From: Selaginella moellendorffii | Taxonomy: Eukaryota > Plantae > Lycopodiophyta | Length of the DNA: 64,000 bases | Reading direction: 5' to 3' | Assembly (NCBI RefSeq): GCF_000143415.4 | Contig: NW_003314300.1 | Coordinates: 1,347,014-1,411,013, forward strand | Shown: positions 26,717 through 37,599 of the stretch, piece by piece | Layout of the letters: each line of letters begins with the position of its first letter | How positions within the stretch are numbered: the first letter of the stretch is position 1 | The notes under the pieces: model-generated | Told to the model about the DNA's origin: nothing | The model's database searches: none | The model's input: only the letters and a program-made list of their open reading frames with translations | Position numbers and translations under genes: made by a program

Positions 26717-28432
26717 ATGGACACCGTGAGCTCCTACGCCACGCTCCTCCGCCAGTGCTCCACTCCCTCCTCGATCAACCAAGGCCGCCAGCTCCACCGC
26801 CAAATCGTCCACGCCGGCCTCGCCACCGATCGCTTCCTCTCCAATCTCCTCCTCCAAATGTATGGCAAATGCGGCGACCTCGACTCCTTGCTCCGCGTCT
26901 TCCACTCCATCCCCACCAAGAACGCCTTCTCCTGGAGCATCGCCATCTCGGCCCTGGTCGACCACCGCAATCTCCCCCTGGCGCACGCCCTCTTCGATCA
27001 AATGCCCACCAAGGACGAGTTCTCCGCCACCGCGCTGCTAGCCGGCTATGCCGCGGCCGGGGACCTCCCCTCCGCGGAGAAGCTCTTCCTCTCCATGCCC
27101 TCCAGGGACACCATCGCCTGGAACTCCATGATCGCCGCCTACGCCCGCCACGGCCGGATGATCCACGCCAAGACCACCTTCGACGCCGCGCCGAGGAGAA
27201 ACTCGTCCTCCTGGAACGCGATGATCGCCGGGTATGCCCAGAACGGGCACTGCAAGGCCGCGCTCCACCTCTTCCGCGCCATGAACAACGAAGGCCAGCG
27301 CTGCGACATGGTCACCTTCGTTGCCGCCATCGATGCCTGCGCCGGCCTCTCGGCGCTCGTCGCTGGGAGATCACTCCACTCCATCGCCGCCGGGGCCGGG
27401 CTCGTCGCCCACGTCGAGATCTCCACCGCCATCGTCAACATGTACGCCAAGTGCGGCAATCTCGACGACGCCACCATGGTCTTCTCGAGCATCCGGAACA
27501 AGAACTTGATCTCCTGGTCTACCATGATCACGGCCTTCGTCCAAAACGGCCACACCGATCGAGCTCTCGATGCTTTCCTGGCCATGAACGTCGACGGCCT
27601 CTTCCCCGACGCTGTCACCTTCAAGAGCATCCTCTCGGCTTGCAGCCATGCCGGCCTCTTCGAGCACGGCTTCTTCCACTTCGACCTCCTCGTCCACGAC
27701 TTCGGCATCGCTCCCACCATGGACCACTTCAAGTGCATGGTCGATCTTCTCGGGCGATCCGGACGCTTGCTCGAGGCCGAGGAGCTCGTCCAGACCATGC
27801 CTTTCGTCCCGGACGATGTAACTTGGAACACTCTCCTCGCCGCCTGCCGCGTCCACAAGAGCGTCGAGAGAGGGAAGCGAGCCGCGGAGATGCTGCTGGA
27901 GCTCACCAGCGAGATCCCTGGCTACTACGTGCTGCTGTCCAACATCCATGCCGCGGCTGGAGATCACGCCGAGAAGGCGAAAGTGAGGGACCTGATGGAA
28001 GCCCGCGGCGTGAGGAAGAAGCCCGGGTGGAGCACCATCGAGATCAATGATCGCTTCCACGAGTTCACGGCCGGGGAGAAGTTCCAGCACCCCAAGAAGC
28101 AGCAGATCCTGGAAGAGCTCAAGCGGCTGAGTGTTCTCATGAAGGAAGCCGGTTACGTGCCAGATACCACCGAGGTGCTCAGGCTCGTGAACGAGGACGA
28201 GAAGGAGAGCCTCCTCTTCTTCCACAGCGAGAAGCTCGCCATCACCTGTGGTCTCATCAGCACTCCACCGGGAACGACGCTGAGAGTCGTCAAGAACCTG
28301 AGAGTCTGCTCCGACTGCCACTCGGCCACCAAGTTCATTTCCAAGATCACCCGGCGGAAGATCATTGTCCGGGACCTCAACCGCTTCCACCACACCGAGA
28401 ACGGTGTTTGCTCCTGCGGCGACTACTGGTGA
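26717..28432 (+). CDS. PLS-E-DYW PPR protein (putative C-to-U RNA editing factor)
   Basis: 571-aa intronless ORF; PG box KKPGWSTIE, HSEKLA, NLRVCSDCH, terminal CSCGDYW. Confidence 0.96.
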   Translation: MDTVSSYATLLRQCSTPSSINQGRQLHRQIVHAGLATDRFLSNLLLQMYGKCGDLDSLLRVFHSIPTKNAFSWSIAISALVDHRNLPLAHALFDQMPTKDEFSATALLAGYAAAGDLPSAEKLFLSMPSRDTIAWNSMIAAYARHGRMIHAKTTFDAAPRRNSSSWNAMIAGYAQNGHCKAALHLFRAMNNEGQRCDMVTFVAAIDACAGLSALVAGRSLHSIAAGAGLVAHVEISTAIVNMYAKCGNLDDATMVFSSIRNKNLISWSTMITAFVQNGHTDRALDAFLAMNVDGLFPDAVTFKSILSACSHAGLFEHGFFHFDLLVHDFGIAPTMDHFKCMVDLLGRSGRLLEAEELVQTMPFVPDDVTWNTLLAACRVHKSVERGKRAAEMLLELTSEIPGYYVLLSNIHAAAGDHAEKAKVRDLMEARGVRKKPGWSTIEINDRFHEFTAGEKFQHPKKQQILEELKRLSVLMKEAGYVPDTTEVLRLVNEDEKESLLFFHSEKLAITCGLISTPPGTTLRVVKNLRVCSDCHSATKFISKITRRKIIVRDLNRFHHTENGVCSCGDYW

Positions 28433-28463
28433 GCGAGCAGGTTCCTCCTCCCCTAAGCTTGAA

Positions 28464-30086
28464 TCATTTCTCCGAGTGGAGATTCGACAGCAGGATGTAT
28501 GGAGCTCCGTGCTCCGGATCCAGTTCGAAGACGTTCTCCGCTGCTCGAGAACCCTGCCCGGCTCCGCTCGAGCTGTTGCATGCGCTCAGCAGCGTCCTCC
28601 ACGACAAACCATCCGGCTCAAACGGCATCGTCTCGATCAAGTCCTCGGCCTCTTTCACCTGTCCGGCCCGAGCTAAAGTATCCACCATGCACACGTAGTG
28701 CCGATACTCCGGCTCGCAGCCATACTCCTCCCTCATTGAAGTGAACTGCTCCAAGGCCACTCGCAAAAGTCCGGCGTGACTGCACGCTGAGAGGACGCTC
28801 ATGAGCGTCACCTTGTTGGGCTTGACACCGTTGAGCAGCATATAGTAGTACGTATCCAGTACCATCAGCCACTGACCGTTGTGAGCACAGGCAGCCACCA
28901 TGGAGCTCCACATTACCATGTCCTTGAGCGGCATTCGATCAAACAGCGACTTTGCTTGGCTCAAGCTCCCGCACTTGCTAAACATGTCCAGCAGCGCAGT
29001 CACCACGGTTACGTCCGTTTCCAGATGAGTCCCAACGATGTCATCGTAGATGATCCGGCCGACTTCTATAGCCGAGAGGTTGCCGCAGACGTAGAGAGTG
29101 GTGATAAAAGTCACACCGTCGGGGCGCTCGCCTTCGAGGTCCATCAACCGGAACTGGAGAAGGGCCTCCTTGCTATGACCGTTCTGGGCATAAGCTCCCA
29201 CCATTGCGGACCAGGAAATAAAACTCTTCACCGGCGTCTTGTCAAAAGTAGCCTTTGCTTCCTCGACTTTGGAACTCCTGGCGTAGGCCACCAGGAGAGC
29301 TGTCCAAGCTATCACATTCTGCTCCGGCATATCGTCGAATGCCTTCTTCGCATCTTCCCAGCAGCCGCAGCAGCCATACATGTTGACGAGAGCGTTTCCC
29401 ACTTTCTCTGCTGTGTGAAACCCCATCTCGGCGGCATTTGAATGAACAAGCCGGCCAGCTTCCAGCAAACCGACTGTAGCACAGGCGTCCACAGTGCTCA
29501 CAAAGGTGCTCTCCGTCGGCTTGACACCTTCCTGTCTCATCCTCCTGTACATCACTAGAGCCTCGTCGCAATGCCCGTTCTGGGCATAGCCGGCTATCAT
29601 AGCGTTCCAAGGCACGGCAGTCCGGACTGGCATCTCGTCGAACAGCTTCCTGGCTTCCTGGAGATAACCATTCTGGGCATAGTTCGAAACCATAGCCGTC
29701 CACGAAACCACGTTCTTCTCCGTCATCGCGTCAAAAATCTTCCTTGCTTCCTGGAGATATCCGTTCTCGGCATAAGCTGCCACCATGATGGTCCACGAGA
29801 AGACGTTGGGTTCCTGGATCCTGTCAAATGCCTTCTTCGCCTCTGCCACACTCCCACACCTCCCGTACATCTGGACCACCAGATTTCCCAGAAACGTTTC
29901 CTGATCAAAGCCGCGGTTGATGATGTAGTCGTGAAGTGAACGCCCCTTCAACAAGGCCCGCTCGTGAGTGTAGTGCCGAAAGAGAGATACCACCGTGTTG
30001 AAGGCTAGTTGTCTCCCGGCAAAAAGAACGCTCTTGTCTCCGTCACCTCCGACCGCGTCATGAACGCTACAGCAGACGTTCGCCAT
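28464..30086 (-). CDS. PLS-E PPR protein without DYW
   Basis: 540-aa intronless ORF with short-repeat runs (NVVSWTAMVSNYAQNG) and HYVCMVDTLARAG...PDGLSWRTLLSAC...APYILLSN. Confidence 0.92.
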   Translation of the reverse strand: MANVCCSVHDAVGGDGDKSVLFAGRQLAFNTVVSLFRHYTHERALLKGRSLHDYIINRGFDQETFLGNLVVQMYGRCGSVAEAKKAFDRIQEPNVFSWTIMVAAYAENGYLQEARKIFDAMTEKNVVSWTAMVSNYAQNGYLQEARKLFDEMPVRTAVPWNAMIAGYAQNGHCDEALVMYRRMRQEGVKPTESTFVSTVDACATVGLLEAGRLVHSNAAEMGFHTAEKVGNALVNMYGCCGCWEDAKKAFDDMPEQNVIAWTALLVAYARSSKVEEAKATFDKTPVKSFISWSAMVGAYAQNGHSKEALLQFRLMDLEGERPDGVTFITTLYVCGNLSAIEVGRIIYDDIVGTHLETDVTVVTALLDMFSKCGSLSQAKSLFDRMPLKDMVMWSSMVAACAHNGQWLMVLDTYYYMLLNGVKPNKVTLMSVLSACSHAGLLRVALEQFTSMREEYGCEPEYRHYVCMVDTLARAGQVKEAEDLIETMPFEPDGLSWRTLLSACNSSSGAGQGSRAAENVFELDPEHGAPYILLSNLHSEK

Positions 30087-30114
30087 TCCTCTCGAGCGTT
30101 TAAAACAAAACTGT

Positions 30115-32496
30115 TCACGCGACTGGCCTATCCCATGTCGTTTCAGATGTTTCTAAGTTTCCGTAATAGACATCACCAGATTTTTCATCGTAGAATGCCT
30201 GATATATGCAATATCAGTACATAGCCTATATCAAAACACTCAATCGTACCTTCCACCCCGGTGCAAGACCTTTCGAAAGCACGTCCAGATTTGGATGCTT
30301 CTTGCTTGTTGAAGAAACTTTTGATTGACCTTCTTTCCTTGCTCGCTTCACCCTATCCCTCCTGGAAGTGTGTTCATCATCAGGCAAAGGCAGTAAGTGG
30401 ACGTCAGACTTACCAGTCTATTGGTCCTAGAGGTTGAAAATTGACGTTGTCCAAAGCTTGTCCACTTGCAATCTGCTCCCTGCGCCAATCATCAATCTCT
30501 CTTTGCCTCTTTCTTTCTATTGCCTCGTGATCATATAGTTCTTTCTCGCCATCTTCATCATCACTTTCATGCAACTCTTGCTTCGCAGCCATCCACTGCA
30601 GAAAAGACACAACCAAAAATTTACTTAGAACCCAATCAGAATGAGAAAAACAAAACACTACCTTGTTTACAAGGGATGACATTTTGCTTGTTTTACTCAC
30701 GAGAACTGGCGCATTTCCCTTCTTCATTCGCGTAGCTGCACACATGCTAGCGTCAGAACCACACATCTGACATAAAGACACGAAATACCTTTACTTGCTT
30801 TTTTAGCAGCGGCTGCCGCTGCTTCCACAAGTGCCGCACTGCTCGCAGATGTAGACGTCTCCATTTCTCCGCGGGGTGGAACCGCGTCTCTGTTGGTTGT
30901 TAGATCAGAAAGAGGTTCTTGCGCTGGCGGCGGGGGAATAATTTCTGGCTCGGGAGGTGGCGGAGGAGCAGAGTCTTCATCAGGTGGCGGCACAGCCTGC
31001 TGGATCATTTCAGGTTCCTCAATATCCATATCGACCTCCATATCAACATCTTCGTCTTCAGCTCTCACACCAGCCTCTTGCTCTTGCTGCTCGGCTACAA
31101 GCAACGACTCAATTCGTCGTATATGAGCTTCTGTATTTGTCCACATGAGACCGTCAGTCATTCCTTGCGCCATGAGCAGCCGGCAATCGGATAGCCGTAT
31201 CTCTGCTTCGACAGCCAGCCGTATGCGATTTGGTAATGTCACCAAAGCGTCCCTGCGGAAACACTGTCAGCTCAAAACGACCAATGCATTATTTGCTCAC
31301 CCGCAAAGACCTTTCAAGCGTTCGCAAATTGTCTCTCCGAGTTGTACGAGGGCAGCTGATCCAAGCCGCGTATCAGCGTCGTCTGAAGTCCCGACTAATC
31401 CAGAATAGTTCACATCACAGATGGCCGGAGCGTAAGTGGCTTGCAATCCCGGGTAAGACTCTGAAGGTAAAGGTGCCACGCCTACAGCAGCCTCTACAGA
31501 ACCGTCGTGCTTGTTCCAAGTTGTTTCCCCAGTCACCACATTCCAATAGTAATACTCCCCACTTTCCTCGTGAAGAACAGCTCTCCAGTCGCATTTCTCC
31601 GATTCATTCTCTGCGAGCACTTTCTCGACAACGTCCCCGATCATGGAGGCCAGAGACGGACGACTTGTTCTTTCCACAACCGATCTGATCTCCGCAGCTT
31701 CTGTTGTTGGCTCAACAACTTGTTTCGCTTCCGGTTCCGAAGTCTCGGACGGATTCGCGTCTAGCAATCCGCTTGTCTCAAGCTCGGCAATAAAATCAGC
31801 CACCTGATTCACAGAGCAACCACTCAGCGGCTAGAAATACAAAGTAGATTCTACCTCTGCATCCATTTTCTTTTCATCGATATTTCCAGAAGAGGTTTTC
31901 TCCTCCGACTCCACCTTCCCATCATCGTCGGCATCGTACTGGCCCAACAACGATAACGAATTCTCTGGAGCACCTGGAGCACCAAGAACTCGTAAGAACG
32001 CTTGAAAAACGCCAGAGGGACTTCTTCCAGATATCCACAGCAAGACTAAACTGCGAGAATCATACGAACCGCAAAGGCCATTTGCTGACGAGCCGCTACC
32101 ATCTTTCTTCGCTGCTGGTTCTGAGTAGTAGACCTCACAAACGAAAAGAAGAAGTGACCAGCCTTGTGCTTCTGGACGCTTATAGAGTTTTCAAGCAACC
32201 GAGCGAGGCCCAGCACACAGTTCCAAAGCGGTCGGCCATCAAAAGCATGCCCGAGTAACCCACCTGAGTTGGATGGTGGTGAAGCAGCGGCAGTAGTAGT
32301 GTCCCCATCGTTTCTAGATCTATCGGCAATCTCTTCTCCCGCTTTGGAATCGGCGGCCGCATTCTCTGAAAAGAATAAAAACTTCTCTCGATCGATGCAA
32401 AGATTGCGAGGTAATCTTACCTTGCGGCTCGGAATCTGTGAGATCGAGCTTCACCCGGCGACTAGTTCCCTGCCTGCGCTCTCGCCTCCGTCCCAT
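30115..32496 (-). CDS. Two-WW-domain protein (FNBP4-like), multi-exon
   Basis: MGRRRERR start; WW1 WRAVLHEESGEYYYWNVVTGETTW; SLVNK|WMAAKQELH, IERKRQREIDDWRREQIASGQALDNVNFQPLG; WW2 LAPGWK|AFYDEKSGDVYYGNLETSETTWDRP; stop at 30115-30117. Confidence 0.85.
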
Positions 32497-32707
32497 GGCG
32501 CGATTGGAACCCTAACCTTCGATGAAGGAGAAGGAAAAAATGGAAGGTTTAAGAAAGCGTCGCCTGAGAGATTCGAACACTCGCGGGGAAACCCCATGAG
32601 GCACACGCCTTAACCACTCGGCCAAAGCGACATTAACAATGTGGAATCTTTTGGACGGATATTCAACGCTCCGTGTTTTAAATTCTTCGTCCACTGCATG
32701 GGCGGCG

Positions 32708-33694
32708 ATGGCCAATTGCGAGCTGCTGGGCGATTTTGGAGGCATCCAGCTCTTCAGCGATGGCAGAATCGTCAGGCCCCAGTGGCCCGATCCCGATTGC
32801 CCTGCCGATCCGAGCTTCGAGAAGGGCGAATTTGGATGCAAGGACGTGATCCTGGACGAAGGAACGGGAATGTGGGCTCGAATCTTCGCTCCCAAATCGG
32901 CTACAGTGATCGACGATGCTAGCCCCACCGGTAAGCGCGCGCTACTCGTCTACTTCCATGCCGGTGGATTCGCCGCCACCTCTCCTGCTTCGATGCGATC
33001 CCACGGTATTTGCAGTGGTATCTCCCAGAAGATGGGGATGATCGTCGTCTCCGTCGCCTACAGGCTCGCGCCGGAGCACCGCCTCCCCGTGGCATTCGAC
33101 GATTCTTTCGCGTCTCTTCAGTGGCTTCAGTCCCAGGCCCAGCAATCGCCCATGGATCGCGACCCGTGGCTCAAGAACGCGGATTTCTCCCGGATCTTCC
33201 TCATGGGCAACAGCTCCGGAGGGACAATCGTCCACTACATGGTTGCCCGATCGATCCGCAGGGACCTCTCGCCGCTGGGGATCAAAGGGCTGGTTTCAGT
33301 GGCTCCATTCTTTGGCGGCGAGGAGAGATCCAAGTCCGAGATCCAGTCGCTGGTCCAGCCCGACCTTCTCACACTCGCGCATTGCGATACTCTTTGGCGA
33401 TTTTGTCTCCCCGACGGTGCCAACCGCGACCATGGTTACTGCAGAGTTCCGAGGGCTGAGGAGATCGCCAAGATCGATCCAATGCCGCCATTGCTGGTGG
33501 TGGTGGGAGCTGGAGACGTGCTCTACAGCCGCGTGGTGGAGTACTACGAAGAGCTCCGGAAAGCTGGGAAGGATGCAAAGCTTGTCGAATATCCAGATCG
33601 AGGCCATTTCGTGCTGTTTCCAGAGGTCGAGGGAGAAATGGAGTACTCGTACGGAGAGATGATTCAGTTCATGAACAAGTGCTCCAGCCTTTGA
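32708..33694 (+). CDS. Carboxylesterase (CXE/GID1-like HSL-family alpha/beta hydrolase)
   Basis: VYFHAGGF, YRLAPEHRLPVAFDD, LMGNSSGG nucleophile elbow, GAGDVL Asp, RGHF His; intronless. Confidence 0.92.
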   Translation: MANCELLGDFGGIQLFSDGRIVRPQWPDPDCPADPSFEKGEFGCKDVILDEGTGMWARIFAPKSATVIDDASPTGKRALLVYFHAGGFAATSPASMRSHGICSGISQKMGMIVVSVAYRLAPEHRLPVAFDDSFASLQWLQSQAQQSPMDRDPWLKNADFSRIFLMGNSSGGTIVHYMVARSIRRDLSPLGIKGLVSVAPFFGGEERSKSEIQSLVQPDLLTLAHCDTLWRFCLPDGANRDHGYCRVPRAEEIAKIDPMPPLLVVVGAGDVLYSRVVEYYEELRKAGKDAKLVEYPDRGHFVLFPEVEGEMEYSYGEMIQFMNKCSSL

Positions 33695-33962
33695 CTTAAT
33701 TAATCCAGGTTTTCTCCAAATAATCATGTTTAAACTCTTATTTTTGGTAGGGTTGCCTTAACAGTTCCATTTAGTATTATTTATTAATCCATTTGATCAA
33801 TAATTATAATTATTAATTAGAATATATTAGGAAGCGTTTTAAAAAATCTATAAATTATAATAATTTAAATAAATAACAACTGTAAATGGTTCCACCCAAA
33901 GGCATTTGTTTTTCATTTATAATATGAGAAGAAAAATAATATCATTGTTTCAAAAACATTGA

Positions 33963-34751
33963 TCACATGAAAAGCTCGTAGGTAGAAATACCTCGCTTTC
34001 CCACACTAGCTTTCGATGCCTGCGCAAATCCCAGAGTTCTAGCGCCCGGCAAGTAGCTCGTAAGATCTTGCAAGCTCTTCCCCAGGCAAGAAACATCACG
34101 CTCCGGCCACGACACGAGCAATCTCGCGCGCAGAGATTTCATCTGGCAGTAGCTCAGCACCGCGGCCGCCGGCCCATCGATCAAGCTCCCCGACGGCAAG
34201 AACGGGGGGATTCGCTGCTCTCTCTTCTCGGCTCTCATCGCGTCGGTCTCGAGAGTGAAGAGCATCGGATCGTCCACCGAGAGCCTGGACCGGAAATTCT
34301 CAGCCTGGAGGAGCTCCATCGCGAGAATCGCCTCCGGATTCACGGCCGCGAAGAGAACCCTGACCCACTCGTGGTATTTCTCGGGCGGGATCCGGTACTG
34401 GACGAGCGCCGCCACGATCGAGCAATCCCCGTCCAGAGCGTAGAGGCAGCAACAGTGATCCTCCGGCGATGGAGCAGCGATCGAGTTGCCGGCCATGGAG
34501 ATTCCCGGCAGCACAATCGATGCGAGGAGCTTCTTGCCTGGGATGTGGTGGAGGAGGGTGCACGACGGCCGCGAGAAGCCGAGGAGGAGGAGCTCCGGGC
34601 GGAGGATTTTCGCCTCGTCGTTCCTCCATGCCACGAATGGCGCCGGAGTGGGGATTACCTGAGAGGGATCGTCGCTGAGAAGCTCCAGGTCTTCCGGATC
34701 GAAGCGAGACGGCGGCGGGAGCTCCGTGAGAGGATCGCTGTGCGTTGCCAT
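33963..34751 (-). CDS. Proteasome assembly chaperone 1-like protein
   Basis: N-terminal DPLTELPPPSRF, SIVLPGISMAGN, LPSGSLIDGPAAAVLSYCQM, recalled as typical of plant PAC1/PSMG1 homologues. Confidence 0.7.
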   Translation of the reverse strand: MATHSDPLTELPPPSRFDPEDLELLSDDPSQVIPTPAPFVAWRNDEAKILRPELLLLGFSRPSCTLLHHIPGKKLLASIVLPGISMAGNSIAAPSPEDHCCCLYALDGDCSIVAALVQYRIPPEKYHEWVRVLFAAVNPEAILAMELLQAENFRSRLSVDDPMLFTLETDAMRAEKREQRIPPFLPSGSLIDGPAAAVLSYCQMKSLRARLLVSWPERDVSCLGKSLQDLTSYLPGARTLGFAQASKASVGKRGISTYELFM

Positions 34752-35116
34752 TGAGGCTAAAACCCTAAAAATATTTTTAGGGTTCTTGTATGGTATATTC
34801 ACTCATTTGAAAACCGGCTACATTTAACGTTCTTACATCAAAGTCTTTGCGGAGTCTTGAGATCTAGAACAAGTTGAAAATTCAAAGTCATATAATTGAA
34901 AGTTCTAGTTTTTCTCCAATTCTCTCTCTTTTTTCCTATCAGAGACAAAACTGTCCTGCCCTGGATTTTCTTGACACGGCAGTGTTCTTCCTTTTTTCTA
35001 TTATTTTTCTGCTATTTCTCCAAGAACACCTTGGGCTCTAGCTTGGATCTGCAAACATTGATCACAAGATCTCCCAGTTATTTCTCAAGGTAAGTAGTGC
35101 TCCAGCTCCAAACACT

Positions 35117-35836
35117 ATGGGCATCTGGGAAGAAGATTTTTCATCGGATTCGCCAGAATCAAGCAGCAGAGTGAGCTGCGCGACATCTAATGATCAATTC
35201 CGAAGATTGGAATGCACGTATTCCCCAAGATGCCTTCCACCATGGCTCAGCCGAGGAATCCAACGTCTCTTCACTAGAAAGCTCGTGTTTCCCACTTCCA
35301 GCCCATCCGAGAAGAAGAAGCAGCAGCAAATCGGTCACTCCACTGCTCTAAACTTCCACAGCATACCCGAAGAGCTCGTAGAGCTGGAGCCATCTTCGCC
35401 GTCAGTGAGTTGCATTGGCCATGTCAGTGCTGGAAGAGGAAAACATGGCAGGATTATTCGCGAGAATAATCACTTCTTCCGGAGACCAGGGAGGATTCTT
35501 TGCATGGGAGGCAGAAACTCAATCAGACTAGAGAAGACTGGATCCGAGCTTCTCTCGCCGCAAGCGCCAACGTCTCGAGCTCCTGCCTCGGTCTTACCCA
35601 AAAATGGAGAAATTGCAAAAGAAACTGGAGATAGGAAAGTTTCCAAGTTGGGGATTGATTGCGAGGAACCCCAGCGAATGAACGACTGTGGCACGCAAAG
35701 CAGCTGTTCTTCCTCAAGTGACAACTTGAGCCCGAGGCTTGAAGTTTGTCTATGGAAAAGGAGGTGCGTTCCTCCACCACAGCTGCTTAATCTCGAGCCA
35801 TTGCATCCTATACCTTGCATTGTTAATCTCCCATAA
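35117..35836 (+). CDS. Uncharacterised plant protein (At1g76070-like)
   Basis: 239-aa intronless ORF with EPSSPSVSCIGHV and C-terminal LWKRRCVPPPQL motifs. Confidence 0.65.
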   Translation: MGIWEEDFSSDSPESSSRVSCATSNDQFRRLECTYSPRCLPPWLSRGIQRLFTRKLVFPTSSPSEKKKQQQIGHSTALNFHSIPEELVELEPSSPSVSCIGHVSAGRGKHGRIIRENNHFFRRPGRILCMGGRNSIRLEKTGSELLSPQAPTSRAPASVLPKNGEIAKETGDRKVSKLGIDCEEPQRMNDCGTQSSCSSSSDNLSPRLEVCLWKRRCVPPPQLLNLEPLHPIPCIVNLP

Positions 35837-37599
35837 CAAACTCGATAGCTAGTGTTAGTCAAGATTTTGTATCAAGGTTTTAGAAACTGAATTTGCACCT
35901 TGAATCACTTTGTGCTTTTAGTAATTTGAACATTTTTAAAAAACATTTATAATAAATAATGTTTTCTTTGTATTTGTGTTTTATTTGTAAATAAAGAACC
36001 TGTATTGATACTAAGAAAAAAAAATTCTATCAAGTAGACATTAAAGTCAATCATTTTTACTATAATTCATTTAAATAATATTAAAAACTCAATCAGATAT
36101 CTATAAATGTATTTTATTCATTTTTAATTTTTATATATGTTTTTCTTTGTCCTTATCTCATATAAGCTTAATTGAGATAATGTGTGTTAGAACATTATAA
36201 ATTAAGCATTAGGGAAACTAATTTAAAATGTTACTCATAACATATTATTTATATATAAAATTCTTAGAATTATATAAATTTTTTATGAAATAAGTTCTTT
36301 AAGGAGTTATTTAATTTTTAAGTATAATTTTAATTTAATTAAATCATTATAGAAAATAATAAAATAAAATAAAATTATAAAAAATAAAATTATTAAATAA
36401 CATAGCATTTCTTCTTTTTAGTAATACAAAAACTCTTTAATTTATTTGAAGGGGTTCATCTTTTTAAATTTTGATGATCACAATCAATTCAATAGTAAAA
36501 TTATTAAGATTTAAGTTCTTGAAACTATCAAGATTTAATAGTAAAATTATATTATGATTCAAAGTTATAAATTTTTAAAATTTTAAGTATGTTATATCTT
36601 TTTCTCAATATATGTTAAATTAATTCAAATTATGCTACCTCAAAAGCAAGGATTAAAATAAAAACTCTATGCAATAGAAAGGCAATATCTACAATATAAA
36701 GTACATTACCATGCTATCATAAGTTACATTTCAATTTAAAAAAATTTAAAACTATTGCAGTGAGGAATGATAAATTACATTTCTGAAGTGCCACTATAAA
36801 GAAAAAAAATTAAATTTTCATAAATATAGATAGGAAATTTTCCTTTTAAAACCAAAAAAACGTATCCTAAAGGTCATAGTTTTTGTTTCTCTTCAAAAAT
36901 GTAAAAACTTTATTTAATTTCTAAGTATAAAATTTATTTAATAATAATATTATAAAAATTAATAACTATGGTATTGTAGTATAATAAATAACAATGTGTG
37001 GACAAAGTGTTAAACACCAAAATTTTATAAAAAATATACACTATATCAAAGAGTAGCAAAATTGTAAATTAAATTTTTTGTTAAAGGTAAAGATTTCTTT
37101 TATTCTCACAATTAATTTCTTTTTTTATTTTGTTAAAACTTAATTATAAATACAAAACGTTTTCACTTTGAAAACTAAAATAACATCTTATGACAAGAAT
37201 ATTTTTTTGTTTTCAAAGATATATAAAAAATTAAATGAGGTTTATTATTGTTTTTCATTATTTAAATAATTATTATGATTTTAAAAATTTGTAAGTCAAC
37301 AGAAAATTTATTTTTCCACTAGGTTACAAAATTTACATAAGATTAATTATTTATTACTAAATAATCATATAGTAAACAAATACCAGCCAGATTCAAGACT
37401 CACAATAAGATAAACAGCATCAACACCATCATCCAATCATAATTCCACATAGCATCCACCATGTATACTGCTTGTCGAAGTTCAAAAACTAACTCTCCCA
37501 AAGTGAAGCGCACAGGACTGAATCGTCTCACCAAACTTGCGATGTTACTAACTCGGGACACATTAGGAATGACTGAAGGAGATACGGCGAGTCTAAGCT

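Noticed and set aside
26755-28393. Long alternative-frame (431 aa) and antisense (340 and 255 aa) ORFs over the PPR-DYW gene
   Set aside because: Expected shadows of extreme GC3 codon bias; Arg/Pro- or Val/Gly-rich with no motifs.
32639-32707. N-terminal extensions in the ORF track for CXE (also COL, aspartic protease, PAC1-like)
   Set aside because: They begin upstream of the recognisable protein, mostly at non-ATG codons; downstream ATGs fit the family N-termini better.
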